DNA of 64,000 bases from an uncultured Rickettsiales bacterium (GTDB lineage Bacteria; Pseudomonadota; Alphaproteobacteria; Rickettsiales; RGZB01): the NCBI GenBank assembly GCA_964467255.1, contig CAYXPR010000009.1:15139-79138 (forward strand). Reading direction: 5' to 3'. A model generated the notes under the pieces. That model saw only the letters and a list, made by a program, of their open reading frames with translations, did no database searches and was not told the origin of the DNA. Position numbers and translations under genes: made by a program. Of the stretch, positions 33,032 through 41,454 are shown piece after piece; positions within the stretch are counted from its first letter, which is position 1, and every line of letters begins with the position of its first letter.

Positions 33032-34006
33032 TCAACGGACGGAAGGGAATCCGTCCTTCGGACAGGCAGGCATTTTAAAAAGCCCGTGTTTTAAACCGCG
33101 ACCGATGGATTTGAATTTGGCTTTGCGCCCTTTTTCAAAACAGCCGATGCGGAACATGTCATACGGCACCGCCAGCAGGTCATAGAGCACATAACCCGGC
33201 ACTTTGTACCAGTAGCCTTTCCACATGCAGCTGCGGTTCCGGTAAATGGTGAAGCGGCGCGGCGCCGTGTGATTGCTGGTGTGGAACGTGCGCTTTAAAA
33301 GCTGGTGCGCAGTTTTAGCGCCAATCGTGTGCGAAAGGCGCGCGCTGCCTGCGGCCAGAATGTGCCAGTGGCGGCTGCGGGCACGTAGGCAAAACTCGGT
33401 GTCGATATAGTCGATGTAAAAATCTTCCCGCATGAGGCCGACTTCCTCCAGCACCTCACGCCGAATAAGGCTGCCTGCGGCAATCACCGCCATCACGTCT
33501 TCTAGCGTGTGGTCTTCCCCCACGCCACGGCGGCGGAACAGCAGCCCACCCCAGCGCGACATGAAAGGCTGCGGCTTGTTCGTGTTGCGGTCTAGAATCA
33601 CAGGGGCGAGGATGCCGATTTTTTCGGGATGCGCGGTGGCAGCTAAACCTTCTTTCAGGCCATTGATCATGCCGGAGACGGCGGCGCTGTCGTCATCCAT
33701 CAGCAGCACCCATTCGGCGCCTTCCATAAGCGCTTGGCGGATGCCGATATTCTGCGCGCGCGCCAAACCGAAATTGGTTTCGTTGGCAATAAGGCTGACT
33801 TTGGGCGAGAGACTGTCTGCAATCGTGCGCACGATGGCACGGCTTATCGCCTCGGTGCTGTTATCGACGAGGATGACCTTTTCAACCTGATGCAGGTAGG
33901 TTTTGATGTGATGGGCAAAAGATTCGCTGACGTTATAGGTGACCGTTACGGCGAAGATACGCTGACAGAGGGCTGGGTCTTTATCCGCGAACCGGTTCTG
34001 CGGCAT
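33032..34006 (-). CDS. family-2 glycosyltransferase (rhamnosyltransferase-like)
   Basis: 'FAVTVTYN', 'VILVDNS' and 'VLLMDDDS' (DxD region). 324 aa. Confidence 0.85.
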   Translation of the reverse strand: MPQNRFADKDPALCQRIFAVTVTYNVSESFAHHIKTYLHQVEKVILVDNSTEAISRAIVRTIADSLSPKVSLIANETNFGLARAQNIGIRQALMEGAEWVLLMDDDSAAVSGMINGLKEGLAATAHPEKIGILAPVILDRNTNKPQPFMSRWGGLLFRRRGVGEDHTLEDVMAVIAAGSLIRREVLEEVGLMREDFYIDYIDTEFCLRARSRHWHILAAGSARLSHTIGAKTAHQLLKRTFHTSNHTAPRRFTIYRNRSCMWKGYWYKVPGYVLYDLLAVPYDMFRIGCFEKGRKAKFKSIGRGLKHGLFKMPACPKDGFPSVR

Positions 34007-34009
34007 GGG

Positions 34010-34480
34010 CTATTCGGCGATTTCAGGCAAAAAGCGTTTCACAAAGGCTTTGAGCGACAGCACTTCAGAACCCGGCGTGCTAACACCGACCTGCGCATTA
34101 TCCACCGTGATGAAGCCGTTTTCATAGGGCAGGGATTTTACCGCGCAGCCGCCATCTAAGGCATCGAGCACGCCGTTTTTCTCCTTTAGCAAGAACACTG
34201 CCGGTGTATTGGCGGCGGTGACGATGCCGAAGGGGCAGATGCCCGTCCAGCTTTTAACGGTGACGGTAGTGCCAGCGGTGACTTTGCCCTTCAGCACGGC
34301 TTCGATTTCAATCTCGATGGTTTCGGGGCGTTCTTTTTTGCTGCTATCGGTGCGCTTGCCGATGATGACGGTATCCACCCCTTTTAAGGTTTGATCCAGC
34401 GTGAGCTGTTTGGCGCAGGGTGCGCAGGCCAAAGCAGGGCTGGCGAATAAAACGAGCAGGAGGGGGAGAAGAAAGCGCAT
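34010..34480 (-). CDS. secreted hypothetical protein with an N-terminal CxxC
   Basis: Signal peptide MRFLLPLLLVLFASPALA followed directly by CAPC. No family recognised. Confidence 0.5.
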   Translation of the reverse strand: MRFLLPLLLVLFASPALACAPCAKQLTLDQTLKGVDTVIIGKRTDSSKKERPETIEIEIEAVLKGKVTAGTTVTVKSWTGICPFGIVTAANTPAVFLLKEKNGVLDALDGGCAVKSLPYENGFITVDNAQVGVSTPGSEVLSLKAFVKRFLPEIAE

Positions 34481-34483
34481 GGG

Positions 34484-36259
34484 TTACTCCACATCAGGCA
34501 TATGCAAGAATTTAGCACCCGCAGTGAGGGTGGCAAGCAAACCATAATGCTGCGGAAGTAATTTATTCATGAAAAAGCGCGCCGAGGCAAGCTTGGTTTC
34601 ATAAAACAACTTTTCTTCGCCGTCTTTCTTCGCCAGTGCAATCTTCGCGGCCTTTGCCCACAAGTAACCCAGCACCACCAGCGAGAACATGCGCTGATAT
34701 TCCACCGAAGCACCTGCGGCCTCCTCAGGGTTGGCCATGCCTTTTTGCGCAATCCACATACTGGCGCTTTGCAAAGAACCAATTGCCTGATGCAGCGGTT
34801 TGGTGAATTCTGCCATTTCGGGCACATCGCGGTTGGCGGCGATAAATTCGGTGGCCGGATGGAAGAAGGTGCGCAAATAACGCCCCATGCCCATCGGCAA
34901 TTTGCGACCGACTAAATCGAGCGCCTGCACACCGTTCGTGCCTTCGTAAATTTGCGTGATGCGTACGTCGCGCGCGAACTGCTCCATGCCATATTCTTTG
35001 ATATAACCGTAACCACCGAACACCTGCATGCCGATATTGGCGACATCCGAACCCATGTCGGTGAGGTAAGACTTCACAATCGGCGTCATCAGCTGAATGA
35101 AATCATCGCGCTCTTTGCGGAATTTTTCATCCGGATGGTGTTTGTGCAAATCCATCTGCAGTGCCACCCACATGACGAGCATGCGCATGCCTTCGGTGAC
35201 CGAACGCATGGTGAGCAGCATGCGGCGCACGTCTGGGTGCACGGTAATGGGGTCCGCCGATTTTTCAGGGAACTTCGCGCCCTTAAGGCCGCGCCCCTGC
35301 GGACGCTCCTTCGCGTAAGCCAGCGCGTTTTGGTAGGACACTTCGGCGATACCAAGACCCTGCACGCCGACATAAATGCGCGCCTCATTCATCATGGTGA
35401 ACATGGCTTTCAGGCCCTTATGCGGCACGCCGACGAGCCATGCTTTGGCGCCGTCGTAATTCATCACGCAGGTGGGCGAGCCATGCAGACCCATTTTATG
35501 CTCAATGCCGCTGCACACGATTTTATTGCGTTCACCCGGTGTGCCATCCGGCTTCAGATTAAATTTTGAGGCCACGAAAAGGCTGATGCCTTTCACGCCC
35601 GCAGGCGCATCGGGCAGGCGCGCCAGAATAAGGTGCACGATATTTTCCGTGGCATCCTGATCGCCTTCTGAGATGAAGATTTTACTGCCGGTGATGGAAT
35701 AACTACCATCCCCATTTGGCTCGGCTTTGGTTTTTACAAGGCCCAGATCCGTACCCGCTTGTGGCTCGGTGAGGCACATCACCCCGCTCCACTCGCCGGA
35801 AATCATTTTCGGCAAGTAGCGGTCTTTGAGTTCATCGGCGGCATGTAGGTAGAGCGCATTCACCGCGCCATGCGTAAGGCCGGGCAGAAGCCCGAACGAA
35901 AGATTCGCCGAGCAAATCATTTCGGTGAGTGGCATGGCGAGCGCCTCAGGCAAACCTTGGCCGCCATATTTGGGGTCAAACGTGAAGGAGGCCCAGCCTG
36001 CCTCCACATAGGCTTTATACGCTTCTTTAAAGCCCTTCGGCAGAATCACGTTGCCGTTTTCAAACTTGAGCCCCTCTTTGTCACCGGACTGGTTGATGGG
36101 CTGCAGCACTTCTTCGCAGAACTGCGCGGCGCCTTCTAAAATCGGGTCGACGAGTGAAAGGTCAGCAAAGCCCTTGATGACGTCTTTATATTGTGCAACT
36201 TCCAGCAGCTCGTTGAGCACAAACTGGTAATCGCGTATGGGTGCTTTATAACTTGGCAT
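34484..36259 (-). CDS. long-type acyl-CoA dehydrogenase (with extra C-terminal domain)
   Basis: 591 aa. 'CLTEPQAGTDLG', 'GSKIFISEGD' and 'IYEGTNGVQALDLVGRK' ACAD blocks, plus a ~150-aa C-terminal extension. Confidence 0.9.
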   Translation of the reverse strand: MPSYKAPIRDYQFVLNELLEVAQYKDVIKGFADLSLVDPILEGAAQFCEEVLQPINQSGDKEGLKFENGNVILPKGFKEAYKAYVEAGWASFTFDPKYGGQGLPEALAMPLTEMICSANLSFGLLPGLTHGAVNALYLHAADELKDRYLPKMISGEWSGVMCLTEPQAGTDLGLVKTKAEPNGDGSYSITGSKIFISEGDQDATENIVHLILARLPDAPAGVKGISLFVASKFNLKPDGTPGERNKIVCSGIEHKMGLHGSPTCVMNYDGAKAWLVGVPHKGLKAMFTMMNEARIYVGVQGLGIAEVSYQNALAYAKERPQGRGLKGAKFPEKSADPITVHPDVRRMLLTMRSVTEGMRMLVMWVALQMDLHKHHPDEKFRKERDDFIQLMTPIVKSYLTDMGSDVANIGMQVFGGYGYIKEYGMEQFARDVRITQIYEGTNGVQALDLVGRKLPMGMGRYLRTFFHPATEFIAANRDVPEMAEFTKPLHQAIGSLQSASMWIAQKGMANPEEAAGASVEYQRMFSLVVLGYLWAKAAKIALAKKDGEEKLFYETKLASARFFMNKLLPQHYGLLATLTAGAKFLHMPDVE

Positions 36260-36262
36260 ACA

Positions 36263-38659
36263 TTAGTTCCTCAACGGTTTACCGGTTTCCAGCATGTGTT
36301 CAATGCGGGCAAGTGAATCAGGATGCTTCACCAACTCCACAAACACATCACGCTCTAAGTCGAGCAAATCTTGTTCGGTGAGCGGCTTGCTGATACCGGC
36401 GTTGCCGCCGGAAAGCACTTTGGCGAGCGCGGTGGAAACCACTGCATCATGCGCCGTGGCCTTGCCGCTTTTCACGAAGCCTGCAATCGCCATGTGCAGC
36501 GCCGTGCGCGCCGTGGCACCCGGCAGGTGAATCACAGCGGGCTCTGGCGGTTTGTAATTCGGTGCGAGCTTCAGTGCGAGCGCTTTAGCATCGGCCAGCA
36601 CGCGGCGGCGATTCATGGTGATGCCGTGAATTTCCGGCAGGATGAGCATGTCTTTTGCGTGTTCGGCAGATTCACCTACCTTGGCAGTCGCGATATATTC
36701 AAACGACTTAGTGACTGCGGGCATGGTGTTCAAGGCCTTCACGGGCGGAATGAAAGAGAACATGCCACCGACTTTTGCCACCAGCGATTCTTCCTTCTGG
36801 CGTTGACGCACATGGCGCACGAGCATTTCTTTGCAACCACCCCAACCCGGAATGAGGCCGACGCCCACTTCCACAAGGCCGGAATAAAACTCTACGTGCG
36901 CTTGCACCGCGTCGCAATGCAGCAGCACTTCGCACCCGCCACCCAACGCCATGCCTGAAGGCGCACCCACCACAGGGAAGGGCGCATAACGCATGGCTTT
37001 GAACGTGTCCTGACCTTGTTTGATGATACCGTCGACGGTTTTCCATGCGGCGCAGTTCGCTACGAAGAGCAGCACGCCGATATTTGCACCGACCGAGAAA
37101 TTATCCGCGTCATTGCCGATGATGAGCGCGCGGTGATCTTTCTTCACCAACTCCACCGCTTCAACAATCATGTCGAGCAGCATGGGGTCGAACGTATTCA
37201 TTTTGGAAACGAATTCGAGGCACACGACACCATCGCCGACATCCCACAATGCGGCGGACGGATTTTTCTTAATGGGTTTTTTGCCGCGCTTCACATCGGC
37301 CAGCATCCAGCTGCCTGCCGGTACGGCGATGGCGGTGTAGCCCTTGCCATCGAAATACATTTTCTTCGTGCCTTCTTCTTTGTAGAAATTGCCCGTGCCT
37401 ACGGCAGAGAGAATTGGCGGCACGGCGATGTTCATGGATTTTAATTTTTCAGCGAGCCATGCGGCGCCCGAAGAATCCTTCGTGCCAAGGCGGTCAACCA
37501 GCTCAAACGGGCCGTATTTCCAGTTGTAACCAAGGCGCATCGCATCATCCACCGCCACGACGTTCGACGCGATTTCAGGAATAAGGGATGCGGTGTAGCT
37601 CAGTAAATGCGCGAGCACGGACAGCGCATACTGACCGCCTTTATCAGGGTGCTCCACGAGTGTGCGGAGACCATCTTTAGCTTTTTCCACGCTTTCAAGC
37701 TTGGCTTTTTCTTCCGGCCGGAAATTGCCGGTTTTAAAGTCGATCACTTCTTTAGATTTTTTGCCACCCTCGGTGTTGAGGCGGAAGAAGCCACCTTTGC
37801 CTTTGCGGCCCGTGTAGCCGTCTTTAATCATTTTGGTGACGATTTCCGGCTCTTTATAGATGGTGCGGAAACCGTCTTTTTCTGGCAGGGAGTCAAACAT
37901 TTCCTTTGCAATAAGCGGCAGCAAATCAATGCCAATCAAATCCATCAACCCGAACACACCGGTTTTCGGCACGCCGATGGGCTTGCCCATGACGCTGTCG
38001 GCCTCTTCCACCGTGAGGCCTAAACGCATGGCCTCGAGCATGGCAATTTCCATCCAATACACGCCGATGCGGTTGGCAATGAAACCTGGCGTGTCGTTGC
38101 AATCCACCACGCCCTTGCCGAGCGTGACGTCGCAGAAATTTCGGATGAGTTCGATGGTGTCTTTACGCGTTTCAGGCCCCGTGACGAGTTCGAGCAAGCG
38201 CATGTAGCGCGGCGGGTTAAAGAAGTGCGTAATCAAAAAGTCGCGTTTGAAACTTTCCGGCATACCTTCGGTGAGCGCATGCAGCGGAATGGTGGAGGTG
38301 TTTGACGACACAATCGCACCTTCCTTGCGGTAGGTATTCACCTTGCGGTAGACGTCTTTTTTGATTTCGAGTTTTTCGATGACGACTTCGATAATCCAGT
38401 CGCACTCTTTGAGCTTAGCGAGGTCATCTTCCATGTTGCCGATGGTGATGTGTTTTAATTTGCGCGGGTGCGTGAGTGCGGCAGGTTTTGATTTTTTGAG
38501 TTTTTCGAGCGCGCCCTCGGTGAGCTGGTTGCGGGTTTTTGCGTCTTTGGGCACAATGTCGAGCAGCAGCACGTCTGTGCCGCTATTGGCGATGTGCGCG
38601 GCGATACCCGCACCCATGACGCCTGAACCAATTACCGCTACTTTTTTAATGTCCCGCAT
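36263..38659 (-). CDS. bifunctional 3-hydroxyacyl-CoA dehydrogenase / enoyl-CoA hydratase
   Basis: 798 aa. N-terminal 'KKVAVIGSGVMGAGIAAHIA' (HCDH NAD-binding) and a C-terminal crotonase fold ('GMALGGGCEVLLHCD'). Confidence 0.9.
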   Translation of the reverse strand: MRDIKKVAVIGSGVMGAGIAAHIANSGTDVLLLDIVPKDAKTRNQLTEGALEKLKKSKPAALTHPRKLKHITIGNMEDDLAKLKECDWIIEVVIEKLEIKKDVYRKVNTYRKEGAIVSSNTSTIPLHALTEGMPESFKRDFLITHFFNPPRYMRLLELVTGPETRKDTIELIRNFCDVTLGKGVVDCNDTPGFIANRIGVYWMEIAMLEAMRLGLTVEEADSVMGKPIGVPKTGVFGLMDLIGIDLLPLIAKEMFDSLPEKDGFRTIYKEPEIVTKMIKDGYTGRKGKGGFFRLNTEGGKKSKEVIDFKTGNFRPEEKAKLESVEKAKDGLRTLVEHPDKGGQYALSVLAHLLSYTASLIPEIASNVVAVDDAMRLGYNWKYGPFELVDRLGTKDSSGAAWLAEKLKSMNIAVPPILSAVGTGNFYKEEGTKKMYFDGKGYTAIAVPAGSWMLADVKRGKKPIKKNPSAALWDVGDGVVCLEFVSKMNTFDPMLLDMIVEAVELVKKDHRALIIGNDADNFSVGANIGVLLFVANCAAWKTVDGIIKQGQDTFKAMRYAPFPVVGAPSGMALGGGCEVLLHCDAVQAHVEFYSGLVEVGVGLIPGWGGCKEMLVRHVRQRQKEESLVAKVGGMFSFIPPVKALNTMPAVTKSFEYIATAKVGESAEHAKDMLILPEIHGITMNRRRVLADAKALALKLAPNYKPPEPAVIHLPGATARTALHMAIAGFVKSGKATAHDAVVSTALAKVLSGGNAGISKPLTEQDLLDLERDVFVELVKHPDSLARIEHMLETGKPLRN

Positions 38660-38686
38660 ACCTGCACCATGATGTGTAAAAAATGT

Positions 38687-39319
38687 TTAGTCCCGACTTG
38701 TTCCGCGCTCCAGTTTTGCTAATTCTTTTTGTAGGCTTAAAAAAAGCCCGCGGTTGGAGGGCTCGAACCCTTCCGACAGGCGGCGGAATTCCGCCATCTC
38801 TTCCGGCTTTATCTCGACCTCGCCATTTTCGTCAGGCGTTTTGCCCTTCATCAGACTTTCTGTGCGGTGCTTGTGGCTGTATGCACCGATATCGATGGGG
38901 TTAGTGGTAAGGCCTTCCTTGTTGGCACCCTGTGAGACGAAAATGCCGACATCATCGCATTTTTCGACCAATTCTTTGATGTCTTGAATGATGGTTTTCC
39001 GCTCCTCTTTTGTGAGGGGCGTTTGCGGGTTTACCACCACTTTTAAAAGCGCCGCCAGGCTTTGCGAAAGCATGTATTCCATTTCATGTTCTTCGGGCTG
39101 ATTTTCATGACGCTTTGTTGGTGCCATTAAATCCCATTTTGGCGATACGCCGAGATGCATTTCATTCAAATGTGCAAATGCGCCCGAGACTTCTGACCTG
39201 CGCTGATCCAGCACGCGCAATTTGCCAGACGCGCCTGCGCTGATCACCTCGTTGACATCACCATTTAGCTGCGCAAGGCGTTCTTGCAGGCTTAACATGT
39301 CGGCGGGCGAGATGCGCAT
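38687..39319 (-). CDS. hypothetical soluble protein embedded in the beta-oxidation operon
   Basis: ORF 38687..39370 trimmed to ATG 39319 (MRISPADML..), 2 nt after the thiolase stop. 27 nt upstream of the HCDH/ECH start. No motif recognised. Confidence 0.5.
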   Translation of the reverse strand: MRISPADMLSLQERLAQLNGDVNEVISAGASGKLRVLDQRRSEVSGAFAHLNEMHLGVSPKWDLMAPTKRHENQPEEHEMEYMLSQSLAALLKVVVNPQTPLTKEERKTIIQDIKELVEKCDDVGIFVSQGANKEGLTTNPIDIGAYSHKHRTESLMKGKTPDENGEVEIKPEEMAEFRRLSEGFEPSNRGLFLSLQKELAKLERGTSRD

Positions 39320-39321
39320 GG

Positions 39322-40446
39322 TCAAATGGCCTCCAGCACCGTGGCGATACCCTGTCCGCCGCCGATACACATGGTGGCGAGGGCATATTTTTTCTTTTCA
39401 CGCTTTAACAGCAGCGCAGCTTTACCAGTGACACGCCCGCCGGATGCGCCGAGCGGATGGCCAATCGCAATCGCGCCGCCATCGATATTCAATTTGCTTT
39501 CATCAATGCCGAGGTCTCGTATCACCGCCATGGATTGTGCGGCAAACGCTTCGTTCAGTTCGATAATATCGATGTCTTTGATCGTAAGGCCAGCGCGGGC
39601 AAGCGCTTTTTGTGAAGCGCCTACGGGGCCAATACCCATGATTTCCGGCGCGCAGCCCGAAACGGCCATGCTTTTAATGCGGGCAAGCTTCGGTAATTTG
39701 TGCTTGTCAGCATATTCTTCTGAGGTGAGCAGCACACAGGATGCGCCGTCCGTTAAGGGACTGGATGTGCCTGCCGTGACCGAGCCCTTGGCAAGGAACG
39801 GCGGCTTTAATTCGGCAAGTTTTTCAAGTGTGGTGTCGCCGCGCACGCAACCATCTGTATCCACCGCGCCGATGGCCATGACTTCGTCTTTATATTTACC
39901 AGCCTTAATCGCCGCCGCTGCTTTCTGGTGGCTTTTCAGCGCGAATTCTTCCTGCGCCTTACGCGAGATTTTATACTTACTGGCGAGATTTTCTGCCGTG
40001 ATGCCCATGGCTTCATACGCCTCAGGATAACGTTCATACAGCGCCGGATTCGGCGCGGGGGTAAAGCCCACCATCGGCACGCTGGTCATGGATTCCACTC
40101 CGCCGCACAAAAACACATCACCGCTGCCGGTGGCAATTGCCCCCGCCGCATCGTGAATGGTTTGCATGGATGAACCGCAGAAGCGGTTGGAGGTGACGCC
40201 CGCCACGGTGACCGGCAGGCCCGCGATGAAGGCCACCAAGCGGCCAATGTTAAGGCCCTGCTCACCTTCAGGGAAGGCGCAGCCGAGTTTAATGTCTTCA
40301 ATATCGGCGGGGTTTATTTTGGTGCGCGCGACAAGCTCTTTAATGACGGCAGCGGCCAAATCATCGGGCCGGACATGCGCTAAAGCGCCTTTGTGCGCGG
40401 GGGTGAAGGGTGAACGGACATAGCCACAAATGACTGCCTGACGCAT
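39322..40446 (-). CDS. acetyl-CoA C-acyltransferase (3-ketoacyl-CoA thiolase)
   Basis: 'NRFCGSSMQ' (active-site Cys), 'NEAFAAQ', 'GHPLGASG' and 'CIGGGQG' thiolase signatures. Confidence 0.95.
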   Translation of the reverse strand: MRQAVICGYVRSPFTPAHKGALAHVRPDDLAAAVIKELVARTKINPADIEDIKLGCAFPEGEQGLNIGRLVAFIAGLPVTVAGVTSNRFCGSSMQTIHDAAGAIATGSGDVFLCGGVESMTSVPMVGFTPAPNPALYERYPEAYEAMGITAENLASKYKISRKAQEEFALKSHQKAAAAIKAGKYKDEVMAIGAVDTDGCVRGDTTLEKLAELKPPFLAKGSVTAGTSSPLTDGASCVLLTSEEYADKHKLPKLARIKSMAVSGCAPEIMGIGPVGASQKALARAGLTIKDIDIIELNEAFAAQSMAVIRDLGIDESKLNIDGGAIAIGHPLGASGGRVTGKAALLLKREKKKYALATMCIGGGQGIATVLEAI

Positions 40447-40609
40447 CGGAAAAATCCTCCCTCAAGCAAGAAAGCTAAAATGCAGCTAGAATACTGTTTT
40501 TTATTCGTTTCTTGCGGTTATCAGCCTACGCGATTCATGGGCGCGTGTAAAGCGTAAAGCATGGTGCAGTGCGATAATTTAGGGGGTTATTAACCTATTC
40601 AGGGCACGC

Positions 40610-41383
40610 CTATTCACGCCATGCACCAGCGCCCAACTCTTTTAGGGCTTTTGCTGTGGCCTCAACCATCTGTGCGCTGCGTTCAAAGGCTTGGGCGGCT
40701 TTAAGTGCATCGCCGGCCTCTTTGCGGTCATACTTGCCCATGGCAATATTGTATTCTACCACCCACATGGGGCCGGATAAATCACCATCATCCCTCCGCT
40801 CGATGGCGTCTTTTAGCTTTACGGCGCGCGAAACAATGTCGGATTTTGGCATGGGGATTGTATCGGCATGATAGAGGTTAATCGCATCAAGTAAATCATG
40901 TCGCATGGAAACCATCTCCAGCCGCTCCCGCTCATTCCGGTGGCTGAGTTGGATGAAATTCTCAAACGCAGGATTTTTCAGCTCATCGCGCACGCGAAGG
41001 AAAAGCGCGTCCAGCTGGTCATCGAGGCAATTTGCGCGGATGTCGTTAAAATAATCGACATGTGAGCGCCGGAGCGAAAGCACGGCTTTGCCCGGCTGAA
41101 GGGGGTCAGTAAAACTGTAGGAAAAACTTTCCTCCGGCAGCAGGGCGGACATGGATTTCAGCAGTTCGCGCACCGCATCTTTTTGTTCGGCGGTTTCGTA
41201 AGAGACGGCGCATTCTATATCGGGGTTTGTCGCGCGTAACATGCGCTGTGTGCGAACATTCATGTTGCCGAACTCTTGCAGTTCTTCCCACGTGGCGCGC
41301 GTTAGCCCGTGGAAAATCACCTGCTGGTGCCCCTGAATCTGTTCTTCTGTTAATGCAGACATGGACGAACGCTTTAGCGCCAT
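40610..41383 (-). CDS. hypothetical soluble protein (orphan, own promoter)
   Basis: ORF 40610..41389 with ATG 41383 preceded by GGAGGGG. No motif recognised. A TTAA-N7-TTAAC motif lies 38 nt upstream. Confidence 0.5.
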   Translation of the reverse strand: MALKRSSMSALTEEQIQGHQQVIFHGLTRATWEELQEFGNMNVRTQRMLRATNPDIECAVSYETAEQKDAVRELLKSMSALLPEESFSYSFTDPLQPGKAVLSLRRSHVDYFNDIRANCLDDQLDALFLRVRDELKNPAFENFIQLSHRNERERLEMVSMRHDLLDAINLYHADTIPMPKSDIVSRAVKLKDAIERRDDGDLSGPMWVVEYNIAMGKYDRKEAGDALKAAQAFERSAQMVEATAKALKELGAGAWRE

Positions 41384-41421
41384 ACACACACCCCTCCATC
41401 ATCCAGCATATGGGCAAGATA

Positions 41422-41437
41422 GTTAAAAAAACGTTAA
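41422..41437 (-). promoter_or_regulatory. TTAA-N7-TTAAC motif (CtrA-box type) upstream of the 257-aa orphan
   Basis: The minus-strand reading is TTAA CGTTTTT TTAAC. It sits in the 71-nt gap between the acyl-CoA ligase stop (41455) and ATG 41383. Confidence 0.45.
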
Positions 41438-41454
41438 GAAAGAGGGCGTTAACA

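Noticed and set aside
38740-38785. tRNA-like T-arm sequence (GGGTTCGAGCCC on the minus strand).
   Set aside because: The flanks do not form a 5-bp T-stem, acceptor stem or anticodon arm. It lies inside the 211-aa ORF, where it encodes 'EGFEPS'.
40579-40594. Near-miss motif TTAG-N7-TTAAC on the plus strand between the 257-aa orphan and the thiolase gene.
   Set aside because: It has one mismatch in the first half-site, and it points away from any downstream gene on its strand. It was not counted among the five perfect sites.
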